A stretch of 64,000 bases of DNA from Acetatifactor sp. Lineage in GTDB: Bacteria > Bacillota > Clostridia > Lachnospirales > Lachnospiraceae. The position numbers and the translations under genes are program-made. Shown one piece after another: positions 47,027 to 55,614 of the stretch. The stretch is taken from the NCBI GenBank assembly GCA_045538995.1, contig JAZQEK010000097.1:48482-112481 (forward strand), given 5' to 3'. The notes beneath the pieces are model-generated. The model was given only the letters and a program-made list of their open reading frames with translations, ran no database searches and was not told where the DNA came from. The stretch's first letter is position 1. The number at the start of each line of letters is the position of its first letter.

Positions 47027-48026
47027 AGCAGCTGCAAAAAAACAAAGATTTCACACCTATTGGGAAAGAAATAAAAAGTCAGAGGGGTACCTGCTGAAAA
47101 AGGATGCAAGGAATGTCTTCATTAAGATTGCCAGAATGTTCCTGCTGTTTGGTATGTGTTTCATGATTTTACAGCCCATACTGAACAAAATATCCATCAG
47201 CTTCATGGAAGAACAGGATATTTATAATCCTATGGTAATTGCTATTCCGGAGCATTTTACTACTGCTAATTATGAGTTGGCGGCAACCTTTATGAGCTAT
47301 AGTGAAGCGTTAAAGAATACCTTCATTATATCACTTACGGTAGCTATATTACAGATTATTGTATGTACCTTAGTAGGGTATGGTTTTGCCAGATTCGAGT
47401 TCCCGCTTAAAAAATTCTGGTTTGCATGTGTTATCCTGGTGGTGATTATTCCACCCCAGATTATTTCCAACTCCCTGCATTTGCATTTCAGATATTTCGA
47501 TGTATTTGGACTGATTAAAGCAACGACCGGGGAGAGCCTGAACCTGAGAGGTTCCGTACTGCCTTACTATCTAATGAGTGCAGGCTGTATGGGTCTGAAA
47601 AATGGTTTGTATATCTACATGATTCGTCAGTTCTTCCGTAACATTCCTAAGGAATTGGAAGAGGCGGCATATGTGGATGGTTGCGGTACTTTGATGACCT
47701 TCGTCAGAATTATGTTGCCGGATGCAAAGCCTATTTTGACCTCTTGTTTCCTGTTTGCCTTTGTATGGCAGTGGACAGATGGTTTTTACTCCAGAATGTT
47801 CTTGGGTAACACCAAGCTGCTTTCTATTCAGTTGTCTATTATCGGTGAACAGTTGTCTGCATACGTAAAGACTGTTTTGCAGCAGGCAAACGTAGCATCC
47901 GTTGGTTATACCAACTGTATCGTATCCACCGGTACTTTGATGGTAATTGTACCGATTTTAATCTTGTACCTGTTCGCACAAAGAGGATTCGTAGAATCCT
48001 TGAGTTCATCCGGTATTAAGATGTAA
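47019..48026 (+). CDS. Carbohydrate ABC transporter permease
   Basis: GYGFARFEFP, LEEAAYVDG and FVWQW. Confidence 0.9.
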   Translation: MTKAAAKKQRFHTYWERNKKSEGYLLKKDARNVFIKIARMFLLFGMCFMILQPILNKISISFMEEQDIYNPMVIAIPEHFTTANYELAATFMSYSEALKNTFIISLTVAILQIIVCTLVGYGFARFEFPLKKFWFACVILVVIIPPQIISNSLHLHFRYFDVFGLIKATTGESLNLRGSVLPYYLMSAGCMGLKNGLYIYMIRQFFRNIPKELEEAAYVDGCGTLMTFVRIMLPDAKPILTSCFLFAFVWQWTDGFYSRMFLGNTKLLSIQLSIIGEQLSAYVKTVLQQANVASVGYTNCIVSTGTLMVIVPILILYLFAQRGFVESLSSSGIKM

Positions 48027-48245
48027 AACACGAAAAGAAGTTCTAAGGCGTCGCAGGATGCCGCCTAAGAACTACTATGTTTCGTGTAAGGAAAACAAGC
48101 GCCTGCGAAGCAGGCATTTGTTTTCTCCACATGCTTTAACGAGAAAATCGAAAGCCACGCCAGTGGCACAGGTGCGAAGCACATGGATTTTCGAGTATAC
48201 ATATGTGCAGGAAAACAAGCGCCTGCAAAGCAGGCATTTGTTTTC
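48027..48245. repeat. REP/BIME-like mosaic of palindromes
   Basis: 37-bp palindromic unit aggaaaacaagcgcctgc(g/a)aagcaggcatttgttttc at 48089 and 48209, plus hairpins at 48027-48087 and 48143-48192. Confidence 0.75.
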
Positions 48246-48431
48246 CCCTAAATTAGCAATCCTTGCTAAAAATTGCCAATACATTAGCAACAATTGCGTA
48301 GCTTTTTGTGAAAAGTTCATGTAAACTAAAGAATATGAAGTATATTATTCCTGAGAGAACCTAGGATTTGTTTTGAAGAGAATAGGAATGGGTATAGCAG
48401 GAATATATATAGATAAAAGGAGGACAAAAAT

Positions 48432-49922
48432 ATGAAAAGTAAAATGGTAAAGAAGTTAATTGCTGCTTCACTTGCAACTGTGATGGCAGTAAGCATGGCT
48501 GGTTGTGGCGATGATTCTACAACAACAACTACTCCTAGCTCATCTACTCCTCAGAGTTCCGAGCAGGCTCCTTCTGCAGGTGGCGCAGATACTGAACCTA
48601 CCGCTGAACCGGAAGACGTATCTCCCTATCCTATTATCAAGGATGCAGATGGAAATACTGTTGACTTAGGCGGTATCGAAGTAGTTATCCGTGACTGGTG
48701 GTCTTCAGGCGAAGTTGCTGAACCTAACAATGCTTTCGAAGAAGCACAGCAGGAATATCGTGAGTGGATTCAGGAAACCTATAACTTCACTATTAAAGAG
48801 CAGGCTATTTCCGGATGGGGTTCTACTCCTCAGGATTTCGTAGATTACGCTACTTCTGGTGGTGAAGAGTATTATGTATTCACCTTGCGTCAGGGTGCTG
48901 AATTCATTTCTGCTATGAATAGTGGATTAATGTATGACTTATCTAAGCTTGATTGTTTGGATTTCACCGAAGAGAAGTGGAACAAGAGTGGTTTGCATGA
49001 GTTGGCAACCTATCCTGATGGTGCTATTTATGCTATGAGAGCAATTGATCCTGAACCTCGTAGAGGTCTCTTCTTCAACAAGAGATTAGTAGAAGAAGCT
49101 GGTTATGATCCTGAAGATTTCTATAAGTGGCAGGCAAACGGCGAGTGGACTTGGGAGAAGTTCGAAGAGGTTTGTGCTAAGGTTCAGAGAGATACCGATG
49201 CGGATGGTATTACTGATATCTATGCTATGACCCAGCAGGGTTCTGAGTTCTATCAGGCAGCAGTATGTTCTAACAACGGACACTTCATCAACAAGATTGA
49301 TGGTACATTCGTAAACGAGTTAGATTCACAGGCTACCTTGGATGCTTTACAGTGGGCTATGGATTTAAGAGCTAAGTATGAAATGCCTCAGCCGGAAGGT
49401 TCTAACTGGGACTTCTTCCTTGCAGAGTTCAAGAATGGTAAGGGCGTATTCATTGCTGACCAGGTTTACAGAGCAAATCAGGACTTCAGTGTAGATAACA
49501 TGGAAGACGACTTTGGTTTCCTTTGCTTCCCTATGGGACCGAATGCTACTACATACAACAGCTGGTATGAGGATAACCCTCTTGTAATTCCTGCTTGCTA
49601 TGATGATGAAAAAGCTTGGAAGATTGCATTTGCTTACAACCTTTACACTGAGCCGATCGCAGGCTTTGAAGATGTAGAGAACTGGAAGACCGGTTACTAT
49701 TCACAGTTCAGAGATACTGAATCTGTTGATAACTCTATCTCTCTCATCGTTAACAATGGTTCTGTAACACATCATACCTTCGTACCCGGTATCGACCTTG
49801 GTGCTGATATTCTTTGGAACTTAGGTAATGCCGGTGAAGACGGAACAGTTGCTACTCCTGCACAGAAGGCTGAAGAGTTAAAGAACAGCTGGCAGGCATA
49901 CATCGACGATGCTAACAACTAA
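48432..49922 (+). CDS. Carbohydrate ABC transporter substrate-binding lipoprotein
   Basis: SMAGC lipobox, Thr/Ser linker, LFFNKRLVEEAG, WTWEKF and FGFLCFPMGP. Confidence 0.88.
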   Translation: MKSKMVKKLIAASLATVMAVSMAGCGDDSTTTTTPSSSTPQSSEQAPSAGGADTEPTAEPEDVSPYPIIKDADGNTVDLGGIEVVIRDWWSSGEVAEPNNAFEEAQQEYREWIQETYNFTIKEQAISGWGSTPQDFVDYATSGGEEYYVFTLRQGAEFISAMNSGLMYDLSKLDCLDFTEEKWNKSGLHELATYPDGAIYAMRAIDPEPRRGLFFNKRLVEEAGYDPEDFYKWQANGEWTWEKFEEVCAKVQRDTDADGITDIYAMTQQGSEFYQAAVCSNNGHFINKIDGTFVNELDSQATLDALQWAMDLRAKYEMPQPEGSNWDFFLAEFKNGKGVFIADQVYRANQDFSVDNMEDDFGFLCFPMGPNATTYNSWYEDNPLVIPACYDDEKAWKIAFAYNLYTEPIAGFEDVENWKTGYYSQFRDTESVDNSISLIVNNGSVTHHTFVPGIDLGADILWNLGNAGEDGTVATPAQKAEELKNSWQAYIDDANN

Positions 49923-49943
49923 ATCGATATAAACTTACTTAAT

Positions 49944-49975
49944 AAAGGGGTGGTGTTTTGGCACCATCCCTTTTT
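49944..49975 (+). terminator. Intrinsic terminator
   Basis: aaaggggtggtg-ttttgg-caccatcccttttt. Confidence 0.75.
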
Positions 49976-50010
49976 ACACTCAAAAATCAGAGTTTTAGGG
50001 GGAAATAGTT

Positions 50011-51555
50011 ATGACAGTGATTGCGAAAAACCCGATTATGCCAGGCTTTTACCCGGACCCTTCCATCTGTGCCGTAGGAGAAGATTTCTACATGGTACAC
50101 TCCAGTTTTTCTTATTTTCCGGGTCTTCCGATTTTGCACAGCAAGGATTTGGCTCACTGGGAACAGATAGGTAATGTCATGGAAAGACCCAGTCAGTTAC
50201 CTTTAGAACAGTCCGGAATTTCCAGAGGACTTTTTGCTCCCACCATCCGCTACCATGAGGGCGTATTCTATGTGATTTGTACCAATGTATCCTATGGCGG
50301 AAACTATATTGTAACAGCCACGAATCCGGCAGGTCCCTGGTCAGAGCCTCATTATCTGGAGGGGGCTGCAGGCATTGACCCCAGCCTTTTCTTTGATACC
50401 GACGGCAAGTGCTATTATATAGGAACCCATCCCAATCCGGCAGGTTGCAAGTATGATGGGGACTGGTACATTTGGATTCAGGAGCTGGATTTACAGGAAA
50501 TGAAGCTGGTAGGGGAACCCAAGGATGTGTGGAATGGTGCCATGAAAAATATTATCTGGCCGGAAGGTCCCCATTTGTACAAAATCGGTGACTATTATTA
50601 TATTATGCATGCAGAAGGCGGTACCGGTCCGGACCACGCAGTAACCGTATGTCGCAGCAAGGATATCTGGGGACCTTATGAAAATAATTTCTGCAATCCT
50701 ATTCTGACCCACAGACACTTGGGCTGGGCATATCCGATTAAGTATGTAGGGCATGCAGATTTGGTGGAAACCGTAGCCGGAGAATGGTTTATGGTGATGC
50801 TGGCAGTACGTCCGCTGGAGGGTTATACTACGATGGGAAGAGAAACCTTTCTGGCAAAGGTAGTGTGGGAAAATGACTGGCCGGTGGTAAATCCCGGAGT
50901 AGGTATGCTGACCGATACCGTAGAAGTCAATTTGCCGGAATGGATACCCCGGAAGGGAATTACCTGCGAACCCGGAAGCAGTCGAATTTATGATTTTACC
51001 AAGCAGGAAGCATTGGGACAGGAATTTTTGAGCTTGCGCTATCCTATGGAAGGAAAATATCGACTGGCTGGCGGGGAAGGCTTGTATATTGTTGCCGGTT
51101 CTGATAAACTGGAAAGTATGGGAAGACCTTCTTATTTGGCTATCCGACAGCAACATCATTGCTTTACGGTAGGTACCACATTATCGGTGAAAGAGCTGAA
51201 GGGGGATGTCAAAGCAGGACTTGCCTTGGTACAAAATGAAGGCTATCAGCTGCGAATAGAGGTAACGGATGGTACCGTGGCGGCGATTCTTTATGAAAAG
51301 GGTGAGGCAAGCATGCTGGGAAGTCTCAAGCTTCAGAAGGATATGGTGACCTTGCAGCTTCAGGTAAAGGGACTGGAAGCGACGGTTTCTGTGATGGAGG
51401 ACGGAACGGTACAGGAGGTGGCGGATGCTATTGATGTGCGTAAGCTGTCCACAGAGGTGGCAGGCGGCTTTGTTGGCTGTACCATTGGTATGTTTGCCGA
51501 AGCAGAAACGAATGCAGAGGTGCTGTTTACCAGCCTAAGTTATCAGGAAAATTAG
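50011..51555 (+). CDS. GH43 beta-xylosidase/alpha-L-arabinofuranosidase
   Basis: PDPSIC, FAPTIRYH, GIDPSLF and WPEGPH (canonical catalytic triad), with a C-terminal beta-sandwich. Confidence 0.9.
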   Translation: MTVIAKNPIMPGFYPDPSICAVGEDFYMVHSSFSYFPGLPILHSKDLAHWEQIGNVMERPSQLPLEQSGISRGLFAPTIRYHEGVFYVICTNVSYGGNYIVTATNPAGPWSEPHYLEGAAGIDPSLFFDTDGKCYYIGTHPNPAGCKYDGDWYIWIQELDLQEMKLVGEPKDVWNGAMKNIIWPEGPHLYKIGDYYYIMHAEGGTGPDHAVTVCRSKDIWGPYENNFCNPILTHRHLGWAYPIKYVGHADLVETVAGEWFMVMLAVRPLEGYTTMGRETFLAKVVWENDWPVVNPGVGMLTDTVEVNLPEWIPRKGITCEPGSSRIYDFTKQEALGQEFLSLRYPMEGKYRLAGGEGLYIVAGSDKLESMGRPSYLAIRQQHHCFTVGTTLSVKELKGDVKAGLALVQNEGYQLRIEVTDGTVAAILYEKGEASMLGSLKLQKDMVTLQLQVKGLEATVSVMEDGTVQEVADAIDVRKLSTEVAGGFVGCTIGMFAEAETNAEVLFTSLSYQEN

Positions 51556-51576
51556 TTTGGAAAAGAGGAGAAAGCT

Positions 51577-52527
51577 ATGGCAGTTAAATTTCATTTGCCG
51601 GGATTGCGTTACAATTATCCGTTAAATATGCTCTGGGTGAGCTTGTTAAAGACACATCCGGAATTTTTCAGAGAGGGTGTAGAAATTGCTTCCTTTTTCG
51701 GGGAGTTTCCCATGTCACTTTGGAATGGCGGACGATTGAGTAAGGGGGATCAGTGTGAAGCAGGCTTTATTCAGAATGTGGTGAAGAATATTAATGCACA
51801 GGGTATTCCGGTACGTTATACCTATACGAATCCTTTGCTGACAGAAGAGGATTTGAAGGATCCCTACTGCAATTTTTGTATGCAGGTAGCAGACAATGGC
51901 ATGAATGAAGTCATGGTTTTTTCTCCGCTTTTAGAGGAATATATTCGAAAGACTTACCCGAGCTTTAAAATCAACAGCTCTACCTGTAAGGAAATCAGGG
52001 ACTGGGAGCAGTTAAACGAAGAGCTGGAAAAGGACTACTACATGGTGGTTCTGGATTATAATCTGAACAATAAGTTTGACATGCTGGAAAAGATACAGAA
52101 TAAAGACAAAGTAGAGATACTGGTGAATTCTCTTTGTATTCCCAACTGTCCGCGTCGTGGGGACCACTATAAGAATGTAGCCATCAATCAACGTACCATT
52201 TTGGAAAATCGAAAGAACCCACCGGAAAAGCAGCAGCCCATTGCTGCTTGGTATTGCGAGTATGGTGACAAAAACAGCATCTATAGTATACAGGATTATC
52301 CTACCTATATTTCGCCGGAGCAGATTTGGGAGAAGTATGTACCTATGGGCTTTAGTAACTTTAAGATTGAAGGCAGAACTGCCACACTCTTCTCTCTGAT
52401 TGAAACCTATTGCCTCTACATGATTAAGCCGGAGAAACAGGGAGAAGCCCGCTTGTTGCTTTTAAACAATCTGGTAGCGAACAAGATTATTACCGTGAAT
52501 GGTCCCAGATCGACCAGACATCCATAG
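51577..52527 (+). CDS. Peptidase U32-like (Fe-S, TIM-barrel) protein, paralog 1
   Basis: WNGGR, YCN, EILVNSLCIPNCPRRGDHY and FKIEGR. Confidence 0.55.
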   Translation: MAVKFHLPGLRYNYPLNMLWVSLLKTHPEFFREGVEIASFFGEFPMSLWNGGRLSKGDQCEAGFIQNVVKNINAQGIPVRYTYTNPLLTEEDLKDPYCNFCMQVADNGMNEVMVFSPLLEEYIRKTYPSFKINSSTCKEIRDWEQLNEELEKDYYMVVLDYNLNNKFDMLEKIQNKDKVEILVNSLCIPNCPRRGDHYKNVAINQRTILENRKNPPEKQQPIAAWYCEYGDKNSIYSIQDYPTYISPEQIWEKYVPMGFSNFKIEGRTATLFSLIETYCLYMIKPEKQGEARLLLLNNLVANKIITVNGPRSTRHP

Positions 52528-52561
52528 AAATAGCAGATTTTTTACAAGAAAGGAAAGCAAA

Positions 52562-53473
52562 ATGGCTCAGACAAAAGAAATATACTGGCACTTGCCGGGA
52601 TTGTGTTATTCCCGCTTTTTAAATCATGCTTTGTTCAATCTGATGCAGGAGTATCCGGAGAAGTTTCGAGATGGTTACAAAATCGGTTCGGTATACGGAA
52701 CCATTCCCGGAGCTATCTGGAATGGAGGCAGAAGCGTCTTTGGTATGGTGCCAAAGCATGACATAGAGAAGGTAATCAAATCCTATAACGACAGAGGGAT
52801 ACCTGCCAGATTCACCTGGACCAATTCCCTGCTTACCGAGAAGCATGTGTACGATACCTATTGCAACTTGATTATGCAGGTGGCAGACAATGGTATGAAT
52901 CAGGTATTGGTGAATCGGGACTGTCTGGAGGAATATTTACGTCAGGAATATCCAAATTTCAAAGTGATTTCTTCGACTACCAAACGCATGACGGATATGG
53001 TCGGACTGAAGGAAGAACTGGAGAAGGATTATCATCTGGTGGTGTTGGATTATGATTTGAATCATGATGAAGTGGTTTTGAAGGAGCTTCAGCCCTATGC
53101 TGACCGAATCGAGATATTGGTCAATGAAATCTGTTATCCCAATTGTCCTATGCGTGCGCAGCATTATCAGGATGAAGCCAGAGCACAGCTGGAATACGAT
53201 ACCTTATCCAAGTTCCAGTGCCCGAATAAATCTACCCCCAGAGTGTTTGCAGAGTGTATGAAGCGTCCTGCTTTTATTTCCAATGAGCAGATTGGAGAAT
53301 ATATTGAACGGGGTTATGTAAACTTCAAAATCGTAGGCAGAGGCTTGCCTCAGGATTTTGTAAAGGAATCCTATTTGTACTTTTTGGTAAAGGATGAGGA
53401 GCGGGAATTTATCCGCCGCAAAATGGATGCTATTCTGGCAGCCTGGTCTAAACCGGCTCCCGGAAAGCGATAG
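52562..53473 (+). CDS. Peptidase U32-like (Fe-S, TIM-barrel) protein, paralog 2
   Basis: WNGGR, YCN, EILVNEICYPNCPMRAQHY and FKIVGR. AAGGAAAG precedes ATG 52562. Confidence 0.55.
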   Translation: MAQTKEIYWHLPGLCYSRFLNHALFNLMQEYPEKFRDGYKIGSVYGTIPGAIWNGGRSVFGMVPKHDIEKVIKSYNDRGIPARFTWTNSLLTEKHVYDTYCNLIMQVADNGMNQVLVNRDCLEEYLRQEYPNFKVISSTTKRMTDMVGLKEELEKDYHLVVLDYDLNHDEVVLKELQPYADRIEILVNEICYPNCPMRAQHYQDEARAQLEYDTLSKFQCPNKSTPRVFAECMKRPAFISNEQIGEYIERGYVNFKIVGRGLPQDFVKESYLYFLVKDEEREFIRRKMDAILAAWSKPAPGKR

Positions 53474-53661
53474 ATACCTAAGAATAGTATTTTTAGAAGG
53501 AGTGGTTGTCTTCGGATAGCCACTCTATTTGTATTTAGACAGCTACGGCTGTTATCTCTGTAAAAAAGAGCAAAATCTAAGAAAAGCATCGCATGAATTA
53601 AGAGGTAACTATAGTTCTTTTATGATATGCTGACAGTAAATTCAGGAAGGAGAACGGAAGC

Positions 53662-55317
53662 ATGGTGAAACATAGGTACATAGGGAGAATGATGGCTGTA
53701 GGAATTGTCTGTGCTTTCAGTCTGGGAGCCTGCGGAGGACGTGGGGAAGTAATGACACCCACGTCGCAAATAACGGAGAGCACCCCTGCACCTGCTTCAG
53801 AGGCTTCCACAGAGAAGGAATTAACAGAACAGGAGGAAAACTTAGAAACAATGAAAAGACAACAATACGAGGAATTATTTAAAGAAATAGAAATCATAAA
53901 GTCACATAAGGGATTGTTGGATAGCAATCCGATTATGAGTCAGAGATTTGGTGCAGACCCGTATGCCATGCCCTATGGTGACAGAGTGTATTTCTACATG
54001 ACCGGAGATGCATTTGAGTATGATGCCAATGGAGAATTAATAGAGAATACCTATAGTAAAATTCGAACCATTAACGTGGTATCTACGGCAGATATGGTAA
54101 ACTTTGAGGACCATGGTGTTATTCGAGCTGCCGGCTCACAGGGCAGTGCCAAATGGGCAAACAATTCCTGGGCACCTGCTGCAGCATGGAAAAATATAGA
54201 TGGGAAGGATAAGTTTTTCTTATACTTTGCCAATTCCGGCGGTGGTATCGGTGTGTTGACCGCAGACAGCCCTACCGGACCTTTCAAAGACCCTTTGGGA
54301 GAAGCTCTTGTTAGCAGAAATACACCGAACTGTAGTGACGTATTGTGGTTGTTTGATCCGGCGGTTTTGGTAGATGAGGACGGAAGAGCCTACTTGTATT
54401 TCGGTGGTGGTGTGCCGGAGGGCAAGGTAGCTGATCCGGGAACAGCCCGTGTGGTAGAGCTGGGAGAAGACATGATTAGTATAAAGGGAGCCCCTGTTCC
54501 TATTGATGTGCCCTATCTGTTTGAGGATTCCGGCATACATAAATTCAACAACAAGTATTATTATACCTACTGTACCAACTGGCAGGTGGACCAGGCAGGA
54601 ACAGATCAGTACGGCTTCCACAATGCAGAAATCGTCAGTCTGGAAAGTGACAGTCCTATGGGTCCCTTCGTATTTAAGGAAGTGATTTTGGAGAACCCGG
54701 GCAGATATTTTGGCTTGTATGGAAATAACCATCATTGCGTTTTTCATTTCTGTGAGAACTGGTACATGGCATATCATACCAGAACCTTAGAGCAAAAAAT
54801 GGGCATTGAAAAAGGCTATCGTTGTACTCATGTAGATGCCTTTACCATACAGGAGGATGGAACCATTGGTAAGATTAAGCAGACCTTAAATGGCAGGGAG
54901 CAGCTTCAGTATGCGGATGCTTATGTCAAAAATCAGGCAAGCTGTGTGGCTGTTATGAGCGGTGTCACCGGGGTACCTATGGATGCAGAATCTGCCTATC
55001 ACGGAAGCGGAGCTATGGCACTGGGAGAAATCAAGCCTGGGGCTTATGTAAAAGTACAGGGAGTGGATTTCGGAGAAAAAACACCTGCCAAGTGGATTGC
55101 TGAGATTAAGAATACCTCAGAGCAGGAAGGCGTTATTCAGGTTCGTGCAGATAAGCTGTACGGGGAAGTACTGGGTTACCTTGCTGTAGATGCACTTACT
55201 GACGGGGAATTTCAGGAGTTTACGGCACAGTTGGAAACGGAACTGACCGGAGTGCATGATTTGTACTTTATATTCGCCGGTGAAGAGTACGAAGTATCGG
55301 CATGGAGATTTGAGTAG
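53662..55317 (+). CDS. Lipoprotein GH43 arabinoxylan arabinofuranohydrolase (XynD-like) with C-terminal CBM6
   Basis: LGAC lipobox, ADPYAM, SWAP, LFDPAVLVD, FEDSG and GVDFG...LTGVHDLYF. Confidence 0.85.
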   Translation: MVKHRYIGRMMAVGIVCAFSLGACGGRGEVMTPTSQITESTPAPASEASTEKELTEQEENLETMKRQQYEELFKEIEIIKSHKGLLDSNPIMSQRFGADPYAMPYGDRVYFYMTGDAFEYDANGELIENTYSKIRTINVVSTADMVNFEDHGVIRAAGSQGSAKWANNSWAPAAAWKNIDGKDKFFLYFANSGGGIGVLTADSPTGPFKDPLGEALVSRNTPNCSDVLWLFDPAVLVDEDGRAYLYFGGGVPEGKVADPGTARVVELGEDMISIKGAPVPIDVPYLFEDSGIHKFNNKYYYTYCTNWQVDQAGTDQYGFHNAEIVSLESDSPMGPFVFKEVILENPGRYFGLYGNNHHCVFHFCENWYMAYHTRTLEQKMGIEKGYRCTHVDAFTIQEDGTIGKIKQTLNGREQLQYADAYVKNQASCVAVMSGVTGVPMDAESAYHGSGAMALGEIKPGAYVKVQGVDFGEKTPAKWIAEIKNTSEQEGVIQVRADKLYGEVLGYLAVDALTDGEFQEFTAQLETELTGVHDLYFIFAGEEYEVSAWRFE

Positions 55318-55322
55318 AGAAA

Positions 55323-55490
55323 TGAAAATCCCCCGATTGGGTGTGATTATATATCCTATAACGGACCGTTGAAAAACGTCAGCACTTGGCGAGGTTCTTT
55401 CGAGCCTAGTGTCTGCTACGTTTTTCATCGAGCGAGAGCGTGTCCGTGTAGGATATATAATCACCACCCAATCGGGGGACACAATTTTCA
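55323..55490. mobile_element. MITE/REP-like long nested inverted repeat
   Basis: Arms cccccgattgggtg / cacccaatcggggg, tgattatatatcct / aggatatataatca, acggac / gtccgt and tgaaaaacgt / acgtttttca. No coding capacity. Confidence 0.6.
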
Positions 55491-55614
55491 GCAACAGATG
55501 GTGGAAAAATAGCACTAACTGAGAAGCGAAAAATAGTTTCTTACGTTAATATAGTAGTGAGGATGTAGGATTATGTCCTCAGGGGTAGAAAGATGATTTA
55601 GGAGGACGTAAACG

